Below are positions 51,169 through 61,800 of a stretch of DNA of 64,000 bases, piece after piece (within the stretch, counting starts at the first letter, position 1; each line of letters opens with the position of its first letter). The translations under genes were made by a program, and so were the position numbers. Source of the stretch: Anthoceros angustus (Eukaryota; Plantae; Anthocerotophyta). The notes beneath the pieces were generated by a model, which was not told the DNA's origin, did not search any database, and saw nothing but the letters and a program-made list of their open reading frames with translations. The DNA is taken from contig MU008156.1 in NCBI GenBank assembly GCA_010909165.1, positions 62,001-126,000 of the forward strand, written 5' to 3'.

Positions 51169-51909
51169 TCACAGCACGTTAGCAGGGTTAGGAACTCTGC
51201 GTTGTGCGGCTGCTACTCTGCTGTCTATTTTTGCATGCCTCATCTCCCACCTATTAAATGCGTAGGTGGAACATGATGGGCAAGAGACGGGTGAATCAAA
51301 TCTGTGACTTCTGTTTGTTTTATCTGTATGCCTGCATGCAACTCCACGGAGAGGGGGATTAGCAAGCAATTGTGGTTTCAGCAAAGTCAACAGTTTGAAG
51401 TCCAGGTGAGAGATTTGTTCTTTCAGGTCTTGAATATCCACACTAGAAGCAATTAGACGCCGAGTGACGCTGCTATGATTTCTGTCTATGTGGTTTTGAT
51501 GTGATTCAAGCCTGGTTAGTAAATGTGAAATCTCTGTGCCTGGTGCAGCATGTGTTGTAAGAAATCCCCTCTGATTAGGGTTACCAGCAGGAGCTTGCTG
51601 CAATTGCACCTCTTGTGGATTTGGCTGTCTGGGAAAATGAGGAGCAAAAATCAAGTGTCTCTGATCAGGATAGAGAGTCCCCACTATTGTATTGAAGGCC
51701 TCCCGTAGTTCTCTGCAGAGATCAGGCAAATCTTGATTGTACCTTGTCAAGCCGGGTGTCTTGATGGATTTGCTCCACAAGATATACTGTTTGATTTGAT
51801 TTCTTTGCCTCATTGTGTTTACGCTTTCGGTAGCGCGGAGACAATTGTCTCCATCTGCGACCATTTGTGGCGAATTTATGTGACTTGTAAAATCACGGAC
51901 TATATGCAT
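51169..51909 (-). CDS. Extra sense ORF (ORF-B, up to 246 aa) between PBS and gag; function unknown
   Basis: Intact ORF inside the element; protein-level conservation with 36771-37465. Confidence 0.75.
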   Translation of the reverse strand: MHIVRDFTSHINSPQMVADGDNCLRATESVNTMRQRNQIKQYILWSKSIKTPGLTRYNQDLPDLCRELREAFNTIVGTLYPDQRHLIFAPHFPRQPNPQEVQLQQAPAGNPNQRGFLTTHAAPGTEISHLLTRLESHQNHIDRNHSSVTRRLIASSVDIQDLKEQISHLDFKLLTLLKPQLLANPPLRGVACRHTDKTNRSHRFDSPVSCPSCSTYAFNRWEMRHAKIDSRVAAAQRRVPNPANVL

Positions 51910-52892
51910 TAAATGCTATTTTCAATAATTCTTAGAAACCAATATGCAGGATTTGGCGGTTGTTCTAGTGTACCTCTGCCAGAATTGCCTAGGGCAATCT
52001 GACCAGAGATGCACTGGAACAAGCTCCAGATTTAGCACATCTGTTTATAAAATATAAAGAAAATTTCTACAAAAGCCATTTCCACACGTTCTTTTCTTTT
52101 CTCAACTAGAAACCTAGTTTCTAATTGAAAACAAGCAAAAAAGACATGATTGTGCATGAAATAAGATGCACAATCTAATGTGCACTCATTTGAATGCAAC
52201 CTACATCTAGGTGCTCTGATACCATAAGAAATTATATGTAGATGTAGATTTATTACATAAATAATAACATTGTATATTCAAGAGAACAACAACAACAAGA
52301 AAAGAAACTAAACACAACTTAACTAAAACATGAATGGGTGTGACTATTCGTAACAGACATAACCCTAGCGAAGAGGTAAGACATTTTTAACTATGTACAC
52401 ACTATATAAAGCTGGACATAATATAACCCTAATCTCATAATGCTAACGGCTATTCCTATTCCTACAATACACCACTTTTAGCAATGGGGTGCCACTCCAT
52501 GTTTTACCTCACCCATGCCATGTCTGTGGCCGAGGCGGTATCCCTTGACAAACCACACTTGGGCAGGCGCCCTCAAAGCATGCCACCTTACGCCCATGGG
52601 CATCGGCGGCTGGCCAGCTCCCCAACACGCTCTGCCCATGTGGGCGGCCGGTGTGTGCGCCTCCCCATGTCCTCCTCATAGGCTATCTTTTTAAAAATAA
52701 ATAGTTAATGGTTCAAGACGTATGTAACTTGGGATAGTTGCTCAAGTGGTTGAAGAAAAAGTATAGTTTCAAAAAGGTCTTGAGTTGAAAACCTCTATTG
52801 GCATTTCAAAACAACTTGTTGATTTTAGGGACACGGGCATGGGCGCATGGGCAACCAACTTTGTTCATTTTAAGGACACTGGCATTGCCTTA

Positions 52893-53132
52893 AAGCCCAA
52901 GTGGTTGCATTGAGTGCCAAAAGGTTGAAGACCAAGCCCAAGTGGTTGCATTGAGTGCCAAAAGGTTGAAGACCAAGCCCAAGTGGTTGCATTGAGTGCC
53001 AGAAGGTTGAAGACCAAGCCCAAGTGGTTACATTGAGTGCCAGAAGGTTGAAGACCAAGTGGTTGCATTGAGTGCCAGAAGGTTGAAGACCAAGCCCAAG
53101 TGGTTGCATTGAGTGCTAGAAGGTTGAAGACC
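52893..53132. repeat. 41-bp tandem repeat x6 (AAGCCCAAGTGGTTGCATTGAGTGCCARAAGGTTGAAGACC; unit 5 is 35 bp)
   Basis: Units start at 52893, 52934, 52975, 53016, 53057 and 53092. Confidence 0.95.
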
Positions 53133-53834
53133 ACGACTGACGAGCTTTTGGATGAAGGTCAGCAAATCCTAAATGTTGTGTGACAGTCGACACCGTCGGA
53201 AGCTCAGCCCAAGAATTATACTAATGAATACGAGCAAGCATTGGAGGAAAATAGCGGCTTTGTGGCAGGGATATGGACCGCCTTGAATTTGGCGGTGGTC
53301 CTTGACTTCGATGTCGGTGTGCATGGGAGAGTTGCTAGGCCGCCCTCTTGAATGATTTTTGTTGATGCTGATGACCACTTCCTCCTTTAGCAATTGTTTA
53401 TTGCAAGGTTTTCACGAATACTGAAATGAGACTCTCGCAAGTACAAGCATGATTTTTATTGTGTTCCACCACTTGAAAAGTAAATGTTTTCGGTTGTAAT
53501 AAACAGATACAAACGGCAGCCCACTGTACATTCTACAAAAACGCAGATGGGCCCGCGCCCTACAGTGCTCTAGTTCTGGGGTGTAGAATTGAAAGTGCGT
53601 CTTTTATCAAAGATATGGACTCAGAAAGGGTGTGCCCATTATCAAAGCTTGGAAACTGTGACAAGGGGGTGTTATTTCGACCGAAGGGGTTACTATATTC
53701 CCCCTTCAAAAATTATCATGTTAGAAGATGAGTCTGTCACGGACCAGAGCCTTCCTGCATTGCAAAAATCCGACTGCCCTGGAGTTACAGCTGGTGGTGG
53801 TGACAGTGGCAGCACGGCTTGTTGTTGTTGCTCA

Positions 53835-56436
53835 TTACGCTGGGCTGCGAACGCGTATTCGAGTGGAGGCTAGGAAGTTGCCTGAATTTCTTGGATGGAG
53901 GCCCAGGAGAGAAGGTGTCAGAATCGGGAGCGAATCTCCTTTCTCCCGCGTGCCTGCTTGTTGCCGCAACAGCAGATTCAAGGAGCTGCAATGGCTGAGC
54001 GAGGGCAGGGGCTTTCTCTGCCGTCCCTGCCAAGTCGACGGGGTTTTCAACACTCCATATCTATGTTCCGTGAGGTATGAAGAGAAAAGTGTCATCATCA
54101 TGCACAGTTCGCTTTTAGTAATGGGCTCTTTTGAAGAGATTGTCTCCATCGGCTTGTATGGAAGCGCATCCCTAGGCTTCGGAAGGAAAGGGAGGAGGTT
54201 GACGACAAGAAGCAAAGCCTAAGCATCGCTGACCTTACTTGATCAGAGACGTATAGCTGTTAAGCTTCCAGCAATCAGCCCATCGACAGTCGGGTAAGAA
54301 GTTGGAGTTTCAGCATACACGTTACCAGCAAAGTTTGCTGTGCTGTCTGTGTCTGTACTAATCCCACGAGGCAAGGGTTTCATCACTTGCAGAAAGCCCG
54401 AGGTCCAAAAGCCGCCTGACATGGTGGGACGAGTTCCTGCTGGCTGCGTCTAACTTCAAATCTGCCACGCCAGGGCCCGCTCCCCCCGGAGCGGTGCTTC
54501 TGAACTGGAAGGTTGAGGTTGAACTGGAAAATATGCACCATCTCCTTGACAATCTAAGCAGAAGAAGAATGAAGAATTTTATTTAAGTCCACTTAAGGAT
54601 GGATTTCCGTCATGGGACTTGGTACTTAACAACTTGTACTTGTACAAGCAGCATGGCTACGCCACTGGTCGCGTTCGCTCATTCCTTTTACACTATTTAA
54701 ACATAGCTTTATTGGAATTCTTGTGTAGAGGGTTCTCCAGTACGGAGATGAAGCAGGCTGTTCTGCGCAGGAAGGTTGGTGCTACTGCCATGGGAGCTGG
54801 AGCTCGCAACAGGTGGCTTGTAGGGATCCTCATACGTCGTCCACGGGTTCTCCACCTCCTGGTATGTGTACATGAGCTTGTCCAGGTCCAAGCTGTCTGC
54901 CACCGTGACTCGCACCAGCTGCGCATGCTCATTGTAGAAGAAAAACTCCGCATTGAGGAAGTCAGGATGGTCGTAATTCTGCCTTCCCAATTCCTGATCA
55001 TCAAGACGAGGACGTTGACATGCTGCAGGCTGTGAGTACTGGGCTTATTACAATCCCATGAAGGGTATGACATGTCTGTAGGACATGGTTAGAGGTCACA
55101 ATAGGAGGAAGATAAACACTTGGGTGTGAAAGAATTTGCAAAGCTCGCTCAAGTGAAACGGTGAAGGCATGAAGACATTAAGATTGAAGAATGATCACCT
55201 TCCAGACATTCCACATCCGATCCACGTTGGCGTGGTGCAGAAAGAACGTAGGATCTAGCACAGCTGTGTAAGGTGCTCCGCTGTCCTCCCACTCCATGGA
55301 ATCGTCTCCCAGCCAGAAATGGATGCTGGAATGTGGTCGAGACTCGAACGTTTCACGGTAGCGCTGGTCATAATCGTGTCCCAGATGTACCGGAAAGGAC
55401 ATGAAGCTGGATGGGTCGCCGCCCGCTGTTTTCTCCACAATGTACTCATGCAAATAGCCATTGTTGCCGCTACGGAGCAAATCCTCATCATCTGTGGATT
55501 GTGACAAGAGTTTTCAAATCTTGAGTGAAGTCAGACACAGAGCAAGATCGGGACATGCGAAGCGGCAGCGATCATACTCCACCGGTACCTGTAGCGACGT
55601 GGTCCGGGTGCGAATGGGGGCTCATGAGGAGGTCGGCCATGACATCTGGTTGGCCAGGTCGGTGCCTGGGGTGCCGGTGAGCGAGGGAAAGAGCAGGGAA
55701 GTTTTCAAGATCTCGGACGAAGTGGGGGAGCGTGTTGGGGAGAATGGGGTGCAGCGGACTCTGGTTGTCCCAGTTCCAAAACGGCAGAGTGAAGTGGTCA
55801 TCGTCCACCAGCGTCGCCAAAATGCGTTCGAAGAAGAAGGTTAACCTGCCAGTGAGGGCAATGACAGTGCACTGGTGCACACGTTAATGCTAGGAGCTGT
55901 GAATCCGGTTTCAAATGTTGAATCAGAGTTGAGTAAGGTGCTCACCAGCGATGGTATGGAAGGAAGAGCCAATTGATATGAACAGTATACTGCAGGTGCG
56001 GGTAGCCCAGCTGCGACCACATTTTCCCTCCGTACAAGCAGTGCAGATTATTCTGCTGCAGCAGCGACCTTGGATCGTGTTGCGGCAGCGAGCGCATGAG
56101 CTGGAAGGCGCGATTCAGCTGCTCCAGATAGGTGTGGTTGAGGGCAACAGCGGGCAGGTGCGCGGCGCGCCGCATGCGCATCCCAGGCTGTGCAGGCGCT
56201 GGATTCTCCGCCAGGTACTGCTTCCACTCGATGTAGTGCTCCGGGCCGGTGGGATGCATGAGGAGTTCCGGCAGGGTGCAGCATTGGACGCTTGCGTTGG
56301 CGGAGTTGCGGTAGCCTTCCTGCACCCCGCATACGCTGAAGTCCGGCCTGATGGGATCTGCTTGGCTCAGCCTTAACCTCCCCATCGATATCGCTACCCA
56401 GGCGCACAGCAATAGTAGCCATCCCAAGGGAAACAT
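53835..56436 (-). CDS. PPO: Polyphenol oxidase (type-3 copper, tyrosinase domain), multi-exon, with N-terminal signal peptide
   Basis: DPRSLLQQNNLHCLY..VHINWLFLPYHRW (CuA); FTLPFWNWD; HSSIHFWLG, DPTFFLHHANVDRMW (CuB); DWL-like PDFLNAEFFFYNE..LVRVTV.D.LD...L.Y.Y. The 3' exons and stop are uncertain. Confidence 0.9.
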
Positions 56437-57189
56437 GCAGTACGAACTGCTTCCCACATCATTCTCCACTTGGCCGTCTCGCCCTCTCGAAGCTTCACAC
56501 ATCCTGGCGCACTTTGTACCAGTTGCCGATTGTGCACAAGTTTCCAAACGACAGCAAGGTGCTGGGGCTGTGGAAGCGGCAAGCAGCTGGATGGACAAGA
56601 CTGATCCGACTTCCACTAGGAACACCCCACCTAGGCAACTTGGACCTTGGGGGGCCATTCATGGTGCTTGTAGGCTTCATGAGGCCGTCGGTACCTGAAT
56701 TATTGCGGCTGCTGACACCCCAGCTAGGCAACTTGTACGTACAAATCAATCCCCGACGAAAGAAAAGGCCTGGCCAGCCCGTGCGGTACGGCTGTGCCAG
56801 CGCTCCGGCTTTCGCCTTACCATTCTCTATCTTACCAGACGCGGTTCCGTTTTCGGTGCCCGCTTCCTGCACCGGTGCCGTGAAGCTCTAATTTGGGACT
56901 CAGATGGGTGTGACCGCACGCCCAGCACGGCTCAGTTGCACCGATCATACACGGTTGGTTGTGAAATCCTAATGTGGCGAGCTTCATCAATCTAATCTGG
57001 CCATGCGCCGTGCAAGCCCTGATAATTGTGGTGATATACTAAGCACATCAGGCAATAGACCTGAAAAGAGCGTCTCATCGAAAAAGGGATCTGGCTGAGT
57101 TCAGTTGAAAAACCCCAGTACACTCGTCGTAAAAATTAGTCATTTGGCCATGTTTTCACACGACAAAACCATCTGGAGTTTAATCATCG

Positions 57190-57555
57190 TGATCAAAAAC
57201 AAGATTCTTGAAAAATCACAAATCTTCGCGCACCGGACATGGATTTTTCCATTTTTCAGGCATGTGGCCGGATTCCACATGATCGAAAACAAGAGTCTTG
57301 AAAAATCACAAATCTTCGCGCACCGAACATAGATTTTTCCATTTTCAGGCATGTGGCCGGATTCCACATGGACCATTCTCAGACAACAATGGGTCAAAAA
57401 TCAGGCGACATAGGAACCAAGTCCAAAGACAATGGGCCGCACATAGTCATGGAAACGGTCCTGCAATTCCAACGACCAAGCAATCCGCTAATCCGATAAA
57501 ATGCGGGTCCTGCAATTTCAACTACCAAGCAATCCGCTAATCTGATAAAATGCGT
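57190..57555. repeat. Two short tandem duplications (~91 bp x2 and ~48 bp x2)
   Basis: CTTGAAAAATCACAAATCTTCGCGCACC...GGATTCCACATG twice; GGTCCTGCAATT...CAATCCGCTAATC.GATAAAATGCG twice. Confidence 0.8.
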
Positions 57556-57719
57556 CGAACTCACTCATCGAAAGGAACAACGAAACACGAGACAACCAAT
57601 AATCTCTCAATTTGCCAACTGACAGACACGTTATAATTACATGGTTTGGCATTTAGTGTGGACAAAAGCTCCAGTAGGCCGGCGCATTCCGGCCAACCGG
57701 CAAACCATGCAAACGACAA

Positions 57720-57960
57720 GGTGATAAAATATACTAGGTTTAGGGCACTATTCATTAGGGCACCTTTACTTAAACATTATTTTATCCCTAAGACACTAAG
57801 TAATTTCTTTAGGTAGTTATTTAGGTAGTTAGTTGTTATATTGGTTACAACCACCTAACGTCCTTCACTATAAAACACTCTCTTGTACTTTCTATTATTC
57901 AATGAATGCAACAAGCTTTGTGCAAGTGTGTGTGCGTGATTTTCATCATGGTATCAGAGC
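57720..57960 (+). mobile_element. 5' LTR end plus tRNA-iMet PBS of a further LTR element (LTR start not located)
   Basis: TATAAA at ~57869, ...ATCA at 57948, then a perfect TGGTATCAGAGC at 57949-57960. Confidence 0.7.
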
Positions 57961-58849
57961 ATTGAGTTCCTCTTCTATCTCTAAGTACTCCTCGTAGTAC
58001 TCCATAGCTTGCCGGTCGAGTGCCTGAGTAAATCCTAACCATAGCATTTAGGTATCACATTTAATATTATTATTAATAATTATATAATATTAATTACATT
58101 ATTTAAGGCACCATGAGTATTTATGATAGGTATGTTTTGTATATCCTTCAAACTCAGTACATGGGGCAGTACCTAACCATACCATTTGTAGTCCACTTTT
58201 GGGGCAGATGTACTTTGTTGGGGCATGGAAATCTTCCATATTCCTAGGGCATATTAGATAAGTAGCTTTACATAAGTTCCCTTCAGGAAGATAACAGCTA
58301 GGTATTCCATATCCAGTTTTTGTTTTTTCTGTGACCACCTTTTGTGAAAAGCAATTATCACAGTATGGGTACCTACACACTTGTCTCTACCTGCAACCAC
58401 ACATTCTTATAACCTTTATAATTTATGAGGTTATAGAAGGAGCACTATTCGTCCTACTCTACTCATTTTGAAAGCAGTTAGGGAAGGAGTCACAAGACCG
58501 TATCAGGGCAAATCTCTTCAAGTACACTGGAGGTGAGACGAACGACGAAGAGGAGCAGGGTTGGGCAATCAATGAAGGGGTCATACCTTTCGCCTACTTA
58601 TCCGACTTAGATGCCCCAGATGTCCTCGTGGATGATGAGCAGGGGGGAGGGCAGGACTCCGGTGACGAGCTTCCGGGGCCAAACTTGACACTAGAGATTC
58701 CTCTCACTCCTCCAAGAAGGAGGCATCATAGGTCGTCCTCACTGTAGGTCTTGTTATTCTTTTGTATGGAAGTAAAGTCGGGATGTGGCACGGTTGAGAA
58801 AGGCCACAGGTCTTGAACCACTCTATATCTCCCTACGTATTGTAGGTGA

Positions 58850-61800
58850 GGTCAGGTAAAAAGGCGCGATGTCGGGCTGAGAAGGATAACATAACGGTGA
58901 TGTCTACGCTCGGCCCAGCCTTGATGTCGAGTGCCTGTCCGGCCGAGCCGATGTCTGGTCCGCTCGCGCGAATAAGTGAGGGCACACTTGGTGTTGGCAT
59001 TGCGCGATGGCGAACTGCAGTGTCGGCTCCGCTAATCTGTCTGACATAGTCTGCGCACTCAATGTTGGCTGCGCTGATAGGCGGGCACACTCGGTGTTGG
59101 TGCCGGCGGCCGAGCACGATGTCGGCTGCGCCCGATCTGTTGACATAGTCTGCGCACTCAGCATGGTGCGCAAATAGGCGGGCACACTCGGTGGGCTGTG
59201 GCGGCGGCGATGTCGGAAGTGTGGCGGTCTGTTGACATAGTTGCGCCTCAATCTTAGGCCTTGAGATAGGCGGGCACACTCGGTGTTGGCTACAGCGGCC
59301 GAGCACGGCGTTGGTTGCGGTCTGGCGACATAGTTAGGGCGCTCGGAAAGGCTGGCGGCCCTACAGGTGGAGGCGGGAAGGGCGAAGGCGGGCGGAGAAG
59401 GAGCTAAGCGGCCAAGCGGCCAAGGAGATTGAAGGACGGACCGGACACTCGGGGACACGAGGTCCTTATCATGTCCGAGAGCCAAGTCAGTCCCGGACCC
59501 CGATCTAGCGGTCCTTAACGGACCGAGAGATGCCACGCACCAGCGATTTCTGGTGCCTCTCCGGCCCGCAGGCATGGCGAGAGGCTGGCAGTCACAGCGC
59601 CGTCATGGGCCCGGTATGCTCTGGGCCTCTGCGGGGCAGAGAAGACCCAAGTAGAGGCCACCGGGCGCATGGTGCTCCTCCGGGAGGCGGGTGGGCAGCG
59701 GCCAAGAAGGCGGAGTCCCTCGCTCGAATCGAGGAGGAAGCGTCGAGAAGCGGAGGCGGGAGGTCCGGTCTATTGACAAAGGCCGGACCAAGGTCCTTCA
59801 ATTGTGCAAGCAGTGACGGCATAAAGAGCCCAAGCAGGCGAGAGAACCTATGCGGTGGCGAGAAGCGGGCGCAAGGAGAGTTGGAGGAAGCAGAAGGCAG
59901 GCGGGCGGCTCGAGACACAGTCGGCGGCTCGGGAAAGGTGGCGGCCCTACCGGAGGTGGAGGCGGGAAGGAGGCGAAGGCGGGCGGAGAAGGAGCTAAGC
60001 GGCCAAACGGGCCAAGGAGATTGAAGGACCGGACCCGGACACTCAGGACCTGAGGGTCCTTATCATGTCCGAGAGCCAAGTCCGAGTCACTCGGACCATC
60101 AGCCCCGGTCCTTAACGGACCGAGATGCCGCACCACAAGATTTCTGGTGCCTCTCCGGCATGGTAGACACGGGGCTGGCAGTCACAGCCCGTCCATGGAC
60201 GGTATGCTCTGGGGGCCTCTGCGGGGCAGAGAAGACCCAAGTAGAGGCCACCGGAGGCATGGTGCTCCTCCGTGAGGCAGGTGGAGGCGGCCAAGAAGAG
60301 CGGAGTCCCTCGCTCGAATCGAGGAGGGAAAGCGTCGAGCGGAGCGGGAGGTCCGGTCTATTCAGCAAGACCGGACCAAGGTCCTTCACTTGTGCAACAG
60401 TGAGCAGCATAAAAGGCCCAAGCCCGGCAGAACCTATGCGGTGGCGAGAAGCGGGCGCAAGGAGAGTTGGAGGAAGCAGAAGGCAGGAGGCGGCTCGAGA
60501 CACAGTCGGCTCGGCGGGAACAACACCAAGCCGCGGGCTCGAGGTGAAGGCGGCGCGGGAGGCGGAAGCACAGACTAAGACAAGTGATCATTACCGAGAT
60601 CGAAACCGGTGGAGGACCAGAGCCTGTGGCTAACTGAAGAAGCGGTGGCGTGGAGGCGAGCCGGACCAGCCGTGCGAGAAGAAAGAGGCCGGCAACAAGG
60701 AGATGGAGGATCTCGGGCTCGATTCTGTAGGCGGAGGAGCAGCGGGGAGATGGAAGGCCGCAGGAGACCTTGGGCTGGCTCTAAGACACTGTCAGCCAGG
60801 AGCTCTTGGGCGTGATCGGCGGTCTCTGGCCGGCGGTGGGGCGGCTCCAGCTACATTGGAGGCGGAGGAGGTAAGGCGATGGAACAAAAAGCGGGGCGTC
60901 GCCGAAATGGAGAAGGACACGGGCGAAGCACGAAATCGGGAGTTGCCGGACCGCTGGGCTCAGTCCCGATGGAAGGCGGAGGGGCGTTGCGCCATGGCGG
61001 GAAGGCGGAGGTGCGAAGCGAAGAGGCTGGAGGCGGCCAAGAAGGCGGAGGAGAGGCCTCCTGGTGGCCTCGCGAGTCTGCCCGGCTCAAGCAGCGAACA
61101 CAGCAATAGAGGCAGGCCGGCAAGCCGGGCTGACCGCAGCTGCGGAGCACCTATGGCGAAGAGAGTATGGTGCTCGGGCGCATGTGGAAGAGGCAATCCG
61201 ACCGTCGACGGTTTTGCCTACTACCCTGAGCTCCTCAAGGCTTTGGAAGCTTGGCGTCACCCGCGACAAGCTGGGCGGACCTCGGGAAGGTCGGAAGGAG
61301 TGGAAGGAGAAGAAGGCAGGGGCGGCACCGGGGCCTTGGTGGCGTTGTTCGAGGGGCGGCGGCAGCGGCGGAGAAGGAACCTCGAGGAGGCGAGCAGCGG
61401 TGGCGTGGAGCAATGACACGGACCGCTGAGAGAAGAGGCCGGCAACAAGGAGATGGAGGATCTCGGGCTCGATTCACGTAGGCGGAGGAAACGGCGGGAG
61501 ATGGAAGGCAGGAGACCTTGGAGCTGACTCTAAGACACAATCGAGCCGGGCAGGCTCTTGGGCGTGATCGGCAGCAGTGGCGGCTCCAGCTACTGTTGGG
61601 CGGAGGAGAGGTAAGGCGATGGAACAAGAGGCGTCGCCCGAAATGGAGAAGGACACGGGCGAAGCACGAAATCGGGCGAGTTGCGGACCGCTGGAGGCTG
61701 GTCGATGGGGAGGAAGGCGGGAGGGAGGGGCGTTGCGCCATGGCGGGAAGGCGGGCGGAGAAGGAACCTCGGGAGGCGGGAGGCGGGCGAACAGCAGTGA

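Larger units (their letters stand above)
45699..52447 (-). mobile_element. Ty1/Copia LTR retrotransposon 2 with accessory ORFs; RNase H largely missing
   Basis: LTRs 52225-52447 (5') and 45699-45921 (3'); PBS TGGTATCAGAGC at 52213-52224; PPT GGGGAGAAG at ~45929-45937. No clear TSD. Confidence 0.93.
44203..53717. mobile_element. TIR DNA transposon, superfamily unresolved (~2.8 kb without the nested Copia)
   Basis: Left end ATAATTTTTGAAGGAGGTGAATA vs right end (reverse complement) ATAATTTTTGAAGGGGGAATA. GCCCATGG-rich DNA lies on both sides of the Copia insertion. Degenerate minus-strand coding fragments at 44600-45330. Confidence 0.65.

Noticed and set aside
52893-53132. CRISPR-like array
   Set aside because: Units are head-to-tail with no unique spacers, there are no cas genes, and the context is eukaryotic.
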